The position numbers and the translations under genes were made by a program. A stretch of 64,000 nt of DNA from an uncultured Lachnospiraceae bacterium. GTDB lineage: Bacteria; Bacillota; Clostridia; Lachnospirales; Lachnospiraceae. Positions 29,193 through 40,320 of this stretch are shown here, one piece after another. The DNA lies in the NCBI GenBank assembly GCA_910587305.1, contig CAJUKV010000015.1, positions 2,862-66,861 on the forward strand, in the 5' to 3' direction. Below the pieces are notes generated by a model, which saw only the letters and a program-made list of their open reading frames with translations, did not search any database and was not told where the DNA came from. Position 1 is the stretch's first letter. Each line of letters begins with the position of its first letter.

Positions 29193-30964
29193 GCTTTAAT
29201 TCCTATAAAGAAGACGAGGAGATCCTAAAGACAAGTAAAATGCGCACCCTGCTGCGCATGCTCTCCTATCTTTTCGCTTACAAAAAGGAGATCGCACTGG
29301 TACTTTTTATCATAGCCTTTTGTATCCTGGTCTCCCTGCTTAACCCTCTTTTGATAGAGGAAGCCATTGACAACTATATCTCCGCAGGCAATTTCCGGGG
29401 TCTTTCAAGGCTGGCCGTCTTTGCGCTTATTTTAAACCTGCTGATGATCGGCGGAATTAAGCTTCGCATGTACATTATGGCAAAGGTGTGCAACAACATT
29501 CTCCTGACCATTCGTCAGGAGCTTTATTCCCATATCCAGACCCTGGATCTTAACTTTTTTGACAGCCGCCCTACGGGAAAAATCCTTGCGCGTATCATAG
29601 GGGATATCAATTCCTTAAAAGAGGTGCTGAACAATTTTGTCACAACCCTGATACCCGACTTTGCTACGGTGGTCGCCGTTGCCGTTATCATGTTTGTGAA
29701 AAACCCTGTTCTTGCCGCCGCTTCCCTGTGCAGCCTTCCGGTGATGGCCGTATGCGTGTGGCTGATTCAGTTTTACTCCCACAAAAGATGGCAGGATTTC
29801 CGCAAAAAGTCCTCCAACTTAAACGCCTTCATCCATGAAGACATGTCCGGGATGCGTATCATTCAAAGCTTTACCGCCGAGGAAGAAACCAGGCAGACCT
29901 TTGACGAACTGCTTTATGCCCATCAAAGATCCTTTGTAAGCGCCGTGCGCTTAGTGGACGGCATGGGTTCCGTTATTGATTTATCCTGGGGTATAGGTAT
30001 CGCCGCCCTTTATTTTACAGGCATACAAATTTTAGGCGTGGAGGCCGTTTCCATCGGAACCTTTTTGGCCTTTGGCAGTTATATTGGAATGTTCTGGAAT
30101 CCCATCATGAATCTGAGCAATTTTTATAACCAGATTATTACAAACATTGCCGCAGCCGAACGTGTTTTTGAAATTATGGACACCCCGGCGCAGATAACCG
30201 ACGCCGATGATGTTATCCAAATTCCTCCTATCAAAGGCGAGGTTTCCTTTTCCCATGTAAGCTTTTCTTACGACCGGACTTCCAAAGTGTTAAACGATGT
30301 GAGCTTTCGGATAACGCCCGGGGAAACCATTGCTTTGGTGGGGCCTACCGGCGCAGGAAAAACCACCATCGTCAATCTCATCAGCCGGTTTTACGATGTG
30401 CAGGACGGAACCGTCTTGATAGACGGCCATGATGTAAAGGCCGTCTCCATAGAAAGTCTCCGCAGTCAGATGGGAATCATGACCCAGGATAACTTTCTGT
30501 TTACCGGCACCATCAGGGATAATATCCGGTACGGCAAGCTAGACGCAACGGATGAGGAAATCATAGAGGCCGCCAAAGCGGTTCACGCCCATGATTTTAT
30601 CTCCAAATTGGAAAAGGGCTATGACACCCTCCTTACGGAGCGCGGCGGCGGACTTTCCGCCGGTCAAAAGCAGCTCCTTGCCTTTGCAAGAACCATGGTT
30701 TCCAAGCCCAATATTTTGATTTTAGACGAGGCCACCTCCAGCATTGACACCCAGACAGAGCTGTTAATTCAGGAAGGCATTGACGCCCTCCTCAAAGGGC
30801 GCACCTCCTTCGTGATTGCCCACAGGCTCTCCACCATTCAAAAAGCCGACCGCATTTTTGTAATTGATAAGGGCGGCATTGTGGAGGAGGGCACTGCCAC
30901 AGAACTGATTGCAAAAAAAGGAGCTTACTATAAGCTCCACACGGCCCAGATGGCCGAGATATAG
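29189..30964 (+). CDS. ABC exporter, fused permease/ATPase subunit B
   Basis: GPTGAGKTT, LSAGQKQ, LDEATSSID; ATGA overlap. Confidence 0.93.
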   Translation: MSFNSYKEDEEILKTSKMRTLLRMLSYLFAYKKEIALVLFIIAFCILVSLLNPLLIEEAIDNYISAGNFRGLSRLAVFALILNLLMIGGIKLRMYIMAKVCNNILLTIRQELYSHIQTLDLNFFDSRPTGKILARIIGDINSLKEVLNNFVTTLIPDFATVVAVAVIMFVKNPVLAAASLCSLPVMAVCVWLIQFYSHKRWQDFRKKSSNLNAFIHEDMSGMRIIQSFTAEEETRQTFDELLYAHQRSFVSAVRLVDGMGSVIDLSWGIGIAALYFTGIQILGVEAVSIGTFLAFGSYIGMFWNPIMNLSNFYNQIITNIAAAERVFEIMDTPAQITDADDVIQIPPIKGEVSFSHVSFSYDRTSKVLNDVSFRITPGETIALVGPTGAGKTTIVNLISRFYDVQDGTVLIDGHDVKAVSIESLRSQMGIMTQDNFLFTGTIRDNIRYGKLDATDEEIIEAAKAVHAHDFISKLEKGYDTLLTERGGGLSAGQKQLLAFARTMVSKPNILILDEATSSIDTQTELLIQEGIDALLKGRTSFVIAHRLSTIQKADRIFVIDKGGIVEEGTATELIAKKGAYYKLHTAQMAEI

Positions 30965-30969
30965 GAAGT

Positions 30970-31010
30970 AAAAGACCGGCATCTTAAACGGAAAGATGCC
31001 GGCCTTTTTT
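30970..31010. terminator. Bidirectional terminator
   Basis: ccggcatctt/aagatgccgg with A- and T-runs between convergent genes. Confidence 0.75.
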
Positions 31011-32382
31011 AATATTCCATTGTCCACTCGTGTTCACCGCCCCAGTCGCCAATTACTTCCGACACGGTTCCCTCCTGTGTCGTGATTCTGGTTTCAAAGC
31101 GGTAATTCATCTGGGGAACTAACACCCCGTTTATTTTTACATTGCTGTAAAGGTAGATAAACTCGTAATTATAATGAGGATATTCCTGTTCGTTTAAAGG
31201 AGCCGGTTCGTAAGAAATACAGATTCTCTGCACTCCCGCGTCCTCCTGCTTGGCCCCCCAGACCTTGATAACGCCCCCGGCCTCAGGATACTCGTCAAAG
31301 TCGGCAAAAGAAAATTTCCACTGTCCGTCTGCCTTGGTCAGCTTCATTTTTTCCTTGCTTACGGGTATGTAAGTTTTTCCATCCCAATACTCCATCGTTC
31401 CCGCAATGAACTGGTCGCGGACCAGGAGATAAGCCTCCGACTGCATAAAATCCTTGATTGGCCCAAATTCGCCGCTCTCAAAAATGCGAAACGCTTCCGC
31501 GAAGGTGTCCTGTGCCCACAGAGCCTTTTCCAGACAGGCCGTAAGCTCTGTCAATTTTCCCTCGTCCCCAATGGCAGCCACCTGCCCAAGAAGATTTTGG
31601 TAATCCTGCAAGCGTCCCGTTTCAAACCACACCGTACCACTATTCGGAACAGCAAACTTTATGATTTCTTTTTTCAGCTCGTCAAGAGGATTTGCGTGAT
31701 AGACGGCAAGCATCCTGTTCATCAGCTCCAAATATTTGTCAAAGCCGCCGCTTCCATCCTCCGGCATACCCTCCTCCTGACCGCCATCCTCATAGACAGT
31801 GCAAAAGAGCTCCGTTTCCTCACCTTCAAACAGTCTTTCATAACACGCGTCCAATAAGGCATAACAGTCGGTATTCCCCGAATCCTGCTCAAGGGCTGAA
31901 ATGCATTTTTCAAGAGTCAAAAGACTGCAGTTCCCGGCGTTGATATCCGCCACGGCGTCGTTTAAAAGATGTACGCAGTACTCCTGTAAGAGACTTTCAT
32001 CCTGGGTGGTCTCCCAGCCCCGGTACAAAACCTGCTCCGCCGCTTCCCGGTCTTCCTTGGTCAGGTAAACGCCCGCCATGGCCCGGTAGGCCTTCACCGA
32101 ATTGGAATCTATCTGCAACGCTTCCTCACAGGAGGCAATGGCTTCCTCATAGTCTTTCGTCTCCACATATTCGTCCGCTGCCTCTAACCGCCTTGCAATC
32201 TTCATCTCAGGCATAGAATGATAAAGAAAAGCGCCTCCCCCTCCTATCACAACCGCCAACAAAATGACGGCTGCAATACGGCCGGCCATCGCCGCCTTTT
32301 TCCTGCGCTTTCTCCTGCGCATCCTTGCCGCTTTCGCCATCTTCTTTCTTTTTATTTCCTTTTTGTCCATACTTTCTCCCAT
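31009..32382 (-). CDS. Membrane-anchored TPR-containing protein
   Basis: Basic N-terminus, one TM, YEEAIASCEEALQID TPR-like repeat. Confidence 0.7.
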   Translation of the reverse strand: MGESMDKKEIKRKKMAKAARMRRRKRRKKAAMAGRIAAVILLAVVIGGGGAFLYHSMPEMKIARRLEAADEYVETKDYEEAIASCEEALQIDSNSVKAYRAMAGVYLTKEDREAAEQVLYRGWETTQDESLLQEYCVHLLNDAVADINAGNCSLLTLEKCISALEQDSGNTDCYALLDACYERLFEGEETELFCTVYEDGGQEEGMPEDGSGGFDKYLELMNRMLAVYHANPLDELKKEIIKFAVPNSGTVWFETGRLQDYQNLLGQVAAIGDEGKLTELTACLEKALWAQDTFAEAFRIFESGEFGPIKDFMQSEAYLLVRDQFIAGTMEYWDGKTYIPVSKEKMKLTKADGQWKFSFADFDEYPEAGGVIKVWGAKQEDAGVQRICISYEPAPLNEQEYPHYNYEFIYLYSNVKINGVLVPQMNYRFETRITTQEGTVSEVIGDWGGEHEWTMEY

Positions 32383-32524
32383 GCCGCCTTTGGCGGCTCA
32401 AATAGATATGAAAAACGCTGCCTTTTGCGTTTTTCCTGTGTGAAATTTTAATACTTCTTAGGTAGCGTATTTTGCTACCTTAGAAGTATTTTTCACACTA
32501 TCTTCCTCATTCCAAAGTTTCCGA

Positions 32525-34192
32525 TTACTTTTTATTCTTTCTCCGCAGGAATCCCCCGCCTAATTCTAATCTTTCGCCTTTCCCCGGCCGGCCGAATTTT
32601 TCCGCCTTTTCGCCTTTTCCCAGCCTGCCAAACTTTTCCGTTTTTTCGCCCTTTCCTGTTCTGCCAAAGTGCTCGTTTCTTTCGCCCTTGCCGCTTCTTC
32701 CAAATCTGTCGCCTCGACCGTCGCGGTTTCCTCTGTCCGCTCTTCCAAACCTGTCCCCTCGGCCGTCACGGTTTCCTCTATCCGGCCTTGCGCCTCTCTC
32801 GCCGCCTCTGCCTTTTTCCCTTCTTCCTAACCTTTTTCTCTCAAAATAAGGCTTTTCTTCCTCAATTTCCTCCGGCGCATCTCCCAAATGCATCTGCATA
32901 AACGCTGCGGCCAAGTCAAGAACGGAACAATTTTTCTCCTCCGCCGCAAGCTCAATGGATTTCTTAAGCTCGGACAGTTCCTTTTGTTCCATGATTTCCC
33001 CGGCCTGCGCAAAAAGCCTGTCGGATTTCACTCTGGTAAGGTCCGCGGCCGTGGGAAGACTGCGTTCTCTGATGGTGGTATGACAAATTTTCTCAATATC
33101 CCGGATTTTAAATATTTCCCTTCCCGATATCAGGGTAAAGGATCTGCCTTTTCTCCCTGCGCGTCCGGTTCTTCCAATCCGATGCACATAATACTCTATA
33201 TCCTCCGGCACGTCAAAATTAAATACCGCGTCCACGCCGCTGACGTCAATCCCTCTTGCCGCCACGTCCGTGGCAATCAAAATAGCGCAGCCGCCGTTTC
33301 TGAAAAGATTCATAACGGTATCTCTCTGATACTGGGTCAAATCTCCGTGAAGCCCTTCCGCCTCGTATCCTTTCCCCTTAAGAGTGCCGGTAATCTCGTC
33401 CACCATTCTCTTCGTATTACAAAATATTAAGCTTCGGGAAGGACGATAATAATCAATGAGCCTGCAAAGAGCCGCCACCTTGTCCTTTTTTGCCACCCGG
33501 TAATAAGCCTGCTTAATGGCCGCCACCGTGATTTCCTTGGGCGTTACCCTCACATACACCGCATTTTTCTGATAAGTTCCCGTGATATCCAAAATCGCCT
33601 GGGGCATGGTAGCGGAAAACAGCGCCATTTGATGTTCCTCGGGCATATCGGATAAGATCGTTTCGATATCCTCCCGAAATCCCATGTCCAGCATTTCGTC
33701 CGCTTCGTCTAACACAATCATCTTAACATAAGTTGTCTTAATGGTATGGCGCCTTAAGTGATCCATCACCCGTCCCGGCGTTCCTACGATGATCTGTACC
33801 CCCTGGCTGAGGGCCCTTATCTGCTTTCCTATCTCCTGTCCGCCGTAAACCGGAAGCACTTTAATGCCGTGCATATACTTGGCAAGCCTTCTGATTTCCT
33901 CCGCCGCCTGCATGGCAAGCTCTCTGGTGGGGCACAAAATAATGCCCTGGGGCTTTTTTAACTGCGGGTCCACTCCCTGAATCATGGGAATGGCAAATGC
34001 CGCCGTCTTACCTGTGCCGGTCTGGGCCTGTCCGATTACGTCTTTTCCTTCTAAAAGAAGGGGGATCGCCTGCTCCTGAATGGGGGTCATTATCTCAAAC
34101 CCCATTTCCTCCACAGCCCTCAAAATATCAGGGCAAATCCCCGATTCGTTATACTTAAGTTTACTTCCCGTTATTTCTCTTCTCTCTTCCAC
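32525..34192 (-). CDS. DEAD-box RNA helicase
   Basis: Q motif, AQTGTGKT, PTRELA, DEAD, SAT, HRIGRTGR; repetitive G/R/K tail. Confidence 0.95.
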   Translation of the reverse strand: MEERREITGSKLKYNESGICPDILRAVEEMGFEIMTPIQEQAIPLLLEGKDVIGQAQTGTGKTAAFAIPMIQGVDPQLKKPQGIILCPTRELAMQAAEEIRRLAKYMHGIKVLPVYGGQEIGKQIRALSQGVQIIVGTPGRVMDHLRRHTIKTTYVKMIVLDEADEMLDMGFREDIETILSDMPEEHQMALFSATMPQAILDITGTYQKNAVYVRVTPKEITVAAIKQAYYRVAKKDKVAALCRLIDYYRPSRSLIFCNTKRMVDEITGTLKGKGYEAEGLHGDLTQYQRDTVMNLFRNGGCAILIATDVAARGIDVSGVDAVFNFDVPEDIEYYVHRIGRTGRAGRKGRSFTLISGREIFKIRDIEKICHTTIRERSLPTAADLTRVKSDRLFAQAGEIMEQKELSELKKSIELAAEEKNCSVLDLAAAFMQMHLGDAPEEIEEEKPYFERKRLGRREKGRGGERGARPDRGNRDGRGDRFGRADRGNRDGRGDRFGRSGKGERNEHFGRTGKGEKTEKFGRLGKGEKAEKFGRPGKGERLELGGGFLRRKNKK

Positions 34193-34212
34193 TTCCTAAA
34201 CATCCATTCCTT

Positions 34213-35166
34213 TCAATTATCCTCGTTTAAAAACTGTTCAATGATATACCTGGGACGCGCCTTGGTCTCCAGATATATTTTCCCAATATACTCTCCCACC
34301 ACTCCAAGGGACAGCAGAATCAATCCTCCGATTGCCCACAGAGAAACCATAAGTGTGGTCCAGCCCACTATGGTTGCTCCCGTAAAATGCCGAAAGAGAC
34401 TGTAAATCAACATGCCGATGCTTACAATAAAAATGAAAAAGCCCAGCAGCGTTATCATCCGTAAAGGTTTCGTGCTAAGGGAGGTGATTCCCTCCACCGC
34501 AAAAGACAACATTTTTTTTAGGGGATATTTGCTTTCCCCGGCAAACCGCTCTCCCCTTTCATAGTAAACCACGTCCGTAGGATACCCAATCATAGGGACA
34601 ATCCCACGCAAAAACAGATTTACCTCCCCATACTGGGCAAGCCCCTCAAGCGCTCTTTTGCTCATAAGACGGTAATCCGCATGGTTATAAACCGTATTGG
34701 CCCCCATCATATTCATTGTTTTATAAAAACCCTCTGCGGTAGCCTTCTTGAAAAAAGTGTCCTTCTGCCTGCTGCTGCGCACACCGTATACAATATCTTT
34801 CCCCTGCGCGTATTTGTCAATCATCTCGTCAATGGCGTTAATATCGTCCTGTAAATCCGCATCCATGGAAATGACCATATCGGCATACTCTTTAGCTGTC
34901 ATGAGCCCTGCAAGAAGCGCATTTTGATGCCCTCTGTTTTTGCTCAGGTTAATGCCTGCGAACAACTTGTTTTTTTGGTGCAGTTCCTGAATGATTTTCC
35001 ATGTCTTATCTTTAGAGCCATCGTTGACAAAAATCACACGGCTTTTTTCATCAATCTTTTTTCCCTCGGCCAAACATTTCATTTTATTTTCAAGACGCCG
35101 GGCCGTTTCGGACAACACTTCTTCCTCGTTGTAACAGGGAATCACCAGATATAAAATGTTTCCCAT
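34213..35166 (-). CDS. GT2 polyprenyl-phosphate glycosyltransferase (GtrB-like)
   Basis: VIPCYNEE, NDGSKD, DADLQD, two C-terminal TMs. Confidence 0.9.
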   Translation of the reverse strand: MGNILYLVIPCYNEEEVLSETARRLENKMKCLAEGKKIDEKSRVIFVNDGSKDKTWKIIQELHQKNKLFAGINLSKNRGHQNALLAGLMTAKEYADMVISMDADLQDDINAIDEMIDKYAQGKDIVYGVRSSRQKDTFFKKATAEGFYKTMNMMGANTVYNHADYRLMSKRALEGLAQYGEVNLFLRGIVPMIGYPTDVVYYERGERFAGESKYPLKKMLSFAVEGITSLSTKPLRMITLLGFFIFIVSIGMLIYSLFRHFTGATIVGWTTLMVSLWAIGGLILLSLGVVGEYIGKIYLETKARPRYIIEQFLNEDN

Positions 35167-35282
35167 AACCTCATCCTCCTGCTATCAGCATGAAATCAGC
35201 AGCGGTAAAATACCACTGCTGATGGACATTAAACAGATATATCATATACTATTTGGTTCAAAGATACAACATTTTTTCATAA

Positions 35283-36209
35283 CTATTTTTCACGCGCCCG
35301 TTTTCTGTCGTTCTTATCCTGATACAATTCCACGTTTTCAATCCCCTGTACGAACTTGGAAAACTGGCTGTAGCCAAAATCTTTCACATTAAAATTCGCA
35401 TACTTATTATAGACAAGATTGCTCAGCTCGCTGATTCCGATTCCTTTCTTACCTGCTTTTCTGACGATTTCCTTCACATAATTTCTTATTTCTTCCTGAG
35501 ACTGCTTATTATCCTTTAAATATATCGTAATCACATTCTGCCGCTTTTCCAGTAAAAACAGCCCTGCATCCTCCACAAACTTTGAAAGCAGGCTGTAGCC
35601 ATAATTTCGCACGTCAAAATCCGGATACATATTCACCAGCCTGTTGCCGACCGACGCAAGCTCAACGCTTTTGCCCTTATTTTCATTTTCGTTGATAATG
35701 TTCGTAATTGAGTTATAGATAACCTCCCGGCTGATGGTGTTGTCCTTGCTGTCCTTTCCATCCTTATCTTCGTCCTGATTGCCCAGGTTTTCCAGATTGA
35801 CAAACCGGGTGCACGCAACCCTGAACGATCGGGGCGTCTTTTCCTCCCCCATCCCAATCACTTCCATCCCGGACTCCCTAAGGCGGCTTGCCAGACGGGT
35901 AAAGTCGCTGTCGCTTGAAACAATACAAAAGCCGTCCACATTCCCGGTGTAAAGAATATCCATAGCATCAATAATCAGCGTGGAATCCGTAGCGTTTTTG
36001 CCAACCGTATTGCTGAACTGCTGCACGGGGATAACGGAATTTTCCAAAAGCTCTCCCTTCCACTTGGTAGCCTGCGTGCTGGTCCAGTCTCCGTAAATTC
36101 TTTTGTAAGTGGTGATTCCGTAGGTGGAAAGCTCCTCTAAAATATCTCCTATGTATTTTGCCGAAATGTTATCCGCATCAATGAGCAGCGCAAAATGCTT
36201 ATTCTCCAT
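35283..36209 (-). CDS. NYN domain protein with OST-HTH/LOTUS domains
   Basis: LIDADN, KNATD, SSDSDFT, FDVRNYGY. Confidence 0.88.
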   Translation of the reverse strand: MENKHFALLIDADNISAKYIGDILEELSTYGITTYKRIYGDWTSTQATKWKGELLENSVIPVQQFSNTVGKNATDSTLIIDAMDILYTGNVDGFCIVSSDSDFTRLASRLRESGMEVIGMGEEKTPRSFRVACTRFVNLENLGNQDEDKDGKDSKDNTISREVIYNSITNIINENENKGKSVELASVGNRLVNMYPDFDVRNYGYSLLSKFVEDAGLFLLEKRQNVITIYLKDNKQSQEEIRNYVKEIVRKAGKKGIGISELSNLVYNKYANFNVKDFGYSQFSKFVQGIENVELYQDKNDRKRAREK

Positions 36210-36437
36210 ATAATAACCATACCTTTCTCTCAGCCTGCAAACTTTGGGCCGCAGACACAATATTTGCAAAACGAACAAGTTCGTTTGTGAAAAAAAATTT
36301 TCACAGTACCCTCCTGTGTAGCAATCTTACCATACCTGCTTTCCTACTGCAATCGCAATTTGAAGACTCCCAATAAAAAATGCCGCAGTCACGACAAAAA
36401 AGTGAATGCGGCATTTTAATCTTTCTATATTTTATAG

Positions 36438-37787
<1,350 letters not shown>

Positions 37788-38005
37788 TTAGTTTAGTATA
37801 ATTGTAGTACGGTATCCTTGTATACAATGATGCTTAAACTACATCATTTAGCAATTACCATACAAAAATAGGCAGGCGCTCTTTCCTGCATATTTATTCT
37901 TTTTTTCCATAAAGTATTATATAACGTGTTTCAAAAAATCTCAATATACTTTAAGCAATTAAATAATAAAAGTTTCAACCAATATTTTATATAATTTGTA
38001 TAAAT

Positions 38006-38443
38006 TTATAAATACTGCTTCAATCTTTCAATATTTTTTTCTTCAAAATCCATCAACTCTTTTGCCACTTCCATGGAAATGTTCCCTGCATTTTCATGAT
38101 GATTGACAGCCTTCCACATACTGGTAAGCCCTCTGTTTGATCCTTGTATCATCAGTTCCGCTATATGGCTTGTACTGGTATTTAGCATGGTATTTGCCCG
38201 CACGCCCCCCTTCACCATCATATCCTGAAAACCCGTTTCCCTGTAAGAAGCCGCTTTCCCATTAAGCAGCCGGTCAGTTGCCTTATTATAAATGTCCGCA
38301 TACCGCATGGACTCTCTGGTAACATGCATGGATAAGTCGTCATCAAAGATTTTTTCGCTGATAGTGTCGATTGCCTTCATAGCCATTTTCGTGTTTTTCT
38401 GAACTTCCTGCAAAATTTTCACATCATCGCTTTTCATACTCAT
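38006..38443 (-). CDS. Hypothetical four-helix protein, possibly sporulation-related
   Basis: SHIAELMIQGS motif; forespore-type promoter upstream. Confidence 0.6.
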   Translation of the reverse strand: MSMKSDDVKILQEVQKNTKMAMKAIDTISEKIFDDDLSMHVTRESMRYADIYNKATDRLLNGKAASYRETGFQDMMVKGGVRANTMLNTSTSHIAELMIQGSNRGLTSMWKAVNHHENAGNISMEVAKELMDFEEKNIERLKQYL

Positions 38444-38549
38444 TCCCTGTTCCTGTCGATAATCCTTAAATCGGGGCGTGATACCACTCTTTGCCAACCG
38501 GCGTTCCGCCCTAATGTAAAAAAACAGGATGGATATTACCACCCTGTCT

Positions 38550-38578
38550 TATTTTCCCCGGATATTTTGTTTTTATTC
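38550..38578 (-). promoter_or_regulatory. Possible sigma-F/G promoter
   Basis: GAATA-N14-GGGGAAAATA on the minus strand. Confidence 0.4.
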
Positions 38579-38625
38579 CCGAATTTAGCTATTTTTCTCT
38601 CTTACTATGTTTTCAAACGTTCGAA

Positions 38626-39957
38626 CTATTCCACATAGTCAGATTTCACAAATGCTGTCTGACCATTATATTTAACCTTCGTCCAGCCGTCGGCCTGTTT
38701 CATCACCAACTCCAGTTCATCGCCGGTGTAAGCCGTACCCAACGCTTCCGCACTTGTGCTTGCGCTTTTACGCACCTTGACGCTTTCCTTCACTTTGACC
38801 TTTCCATTGCTTCCGCTGCTGCTTCCACCTCCGGCTGCCGTAGCTGGCTGTGATTGCGGCTCCTCGGCGGGCTGATCATTGTCTGCAACCATGGTATCCG
38901 TATCCGGCGTTTCCTCAGCGGGTTCCTCAGACACTACTTCCAGATAATCGCTCTTAATATACGCACTGGCGCCGTTATATTCAACCTGGCTCCACCCGTT
39001 GCCTCTTTGTTCAATCAGGGTAAATTCCTGTCCAACCTGCGCCTTGTCAATCTTATCCGCCTCCTCGCTGTCAGACTTTCTGATATTCACCACGTCTGTT
39101 GCCCGGACAGTGCGAATTACCGACTGTGGCTGCTGCTCTCCTTCTTCCTGCGTCTCCTCCTCAGGTTCCGTGCTCTCCACATTTTCCTCAGGTACTTCCG
39201 CCGCCGCAAGGATTTCGCCTACGTCTTCATTGATCTTTTCTTTCAGGTACGCAATGAACTCTTTTAGTTCTTCGTCTTCCGCCAACAGTTCATTGTACTC
39301 TACCACAATCTTATTGTTTAAGTCCACCACATCATCCTGCAGCGTAGCTTCCTTAATATAATTCCAGATAACGTCGTCATAGGTACCGTCATTTATGAAA
39401 TAATTGCCGTTATCGTCGAGCCCAATATAATAGGTCTGCATTCCCGGAAGCGCCTGATCCGCATCCGTAAACTTTACCTCGGAACAGACATACGCCACAT
39501 AAGTGTTTTCTTCCATTCCGGGCTTCGTATACACATCCATCACGGAATAGGAATCAATATACTTGCTTAATTCCTGTACACGTATCGTTTCTATTTCATT
39601 TAAATAGGTGTTCAGTGAAGTAATTGTCTCCATATCCCCCGTTGCCTGGGCGTCGTAATAACTTGAGATTAGCTGGTTTAATTCCGGATATGCATTTTTC
39701 TCAAGCTCAGGAATCTGGGCTTCCTCCCCCTCTTCGGAAGTTTCTCCTTCCTGGGAGGCTACTGCCATGGCCGCCTGCTGCGCTTCCTTTTCAAGGGCTT
39801 TCTTTTGATTTGCGTTTAATGCCACTACAATCGTAATTAAGACACAAAAAACGAGAATAAGCGGCATTACAATCTTACTATGGTCCATAACCCAGTTGAC
39901 GGCTGCCATGAACTTTTCTTTCATTCCATGTGTTTCGTTCTGATTTGAATGACTCAT
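38626..39957 (-). CDS. Membrane-anchored protein with two SH3b domains
   Basis: VNIRKS...GWSQVEY...YIKSDYL and VKVRKS...GWTKVKY...FVKSDYV. Confidence 0.85.
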   Translation of the reverse strand: MSHSNQNETHGMKEKFMAAVNWVMDHSKIVMPLILVFCVLITIVVALNANQKKALEKEAQQAAMAVASQEGETSEEGEEAQIPELEKNAYPELNQLISSYYDAQATGDMETITSLNTYLNEIETIRVQELSKYIDSYSVMDVYTKPGMEENTYVAYVCSEVKFTDADQALPGMQTYYIGLDDNGNYFINDGTYDDVIWNYIKEATLQDDVVDLNNKIVVEYNELLAEDEELKEFIAYLKEKINEDVGEILAAAEVPEENVESTEPEEETQEEGEQQPQSVIRTVRATDVVNIRKSDSEEADKIDKAQVGQEFTLIEQRGNGWSQVEYNGASAYIKSDYLEVVSEEPAEETPDTDTMVADNDQPAEEPQSQPATAAGGGSSSGSNGKVKVKESVKVRKSASTSAEALGTAYTGDELELVMKQADGWTKVKYNGQTAFVKSDYVE

Positions 39958-40060
39958 AAGTTTCCTTTCTGATAATTGTTTGTGCAAATGGCCCGCCTGT
40001 GCGGGCTTATGCGTATAATAGCCGGAAATTACCGGGCCGCCCTTAGAAAAGGCGTGCAAA

Positions 40061-40132
40061 TGCACCCGACAGGAATCGAACCTGCATTAAAGGCGTCGGA
40101 GGCCTTCGTTCTATCCGTTAGACTACGGGTGC
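40061..40132 (-). tRNA. tRNA-Arg(CCG)
   Basis: GCACCCG acceptor stem, anticodon arm AAGGC-CTCCGAC-GCCTT, GGTTCGATTCC T-arm. Confidence 0.95.
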
Positions 40133-40320
40133 ATAAGTAAAAATATTACAAATTTGTTACATCAACGTAAACATCATAACATACCTGATGCAAATTGTCT
40201 AGTCTGTCATTTATAAAAAATGTGTAAAGTAAAAAAATGGTTACTTTTATCCCCTCTGGCCGGCGCCACATTATAGAGAATATGGCGCCGGATCATGTTT
40301 TCATCTGTCAAAAAGCTGTC

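Noticed and set aside
39958..40065. Upstream extension of the SH3 protein ORF
   Set aside because: Runs into the tRNA 3' end; RBS GAAAGG supports the ATG at 39957
40040..40320. tRNA-Arg as an island integration site
   Set aside because: No integrase or duplicated tRNA 3' end seen; flanking genes look chromosomal
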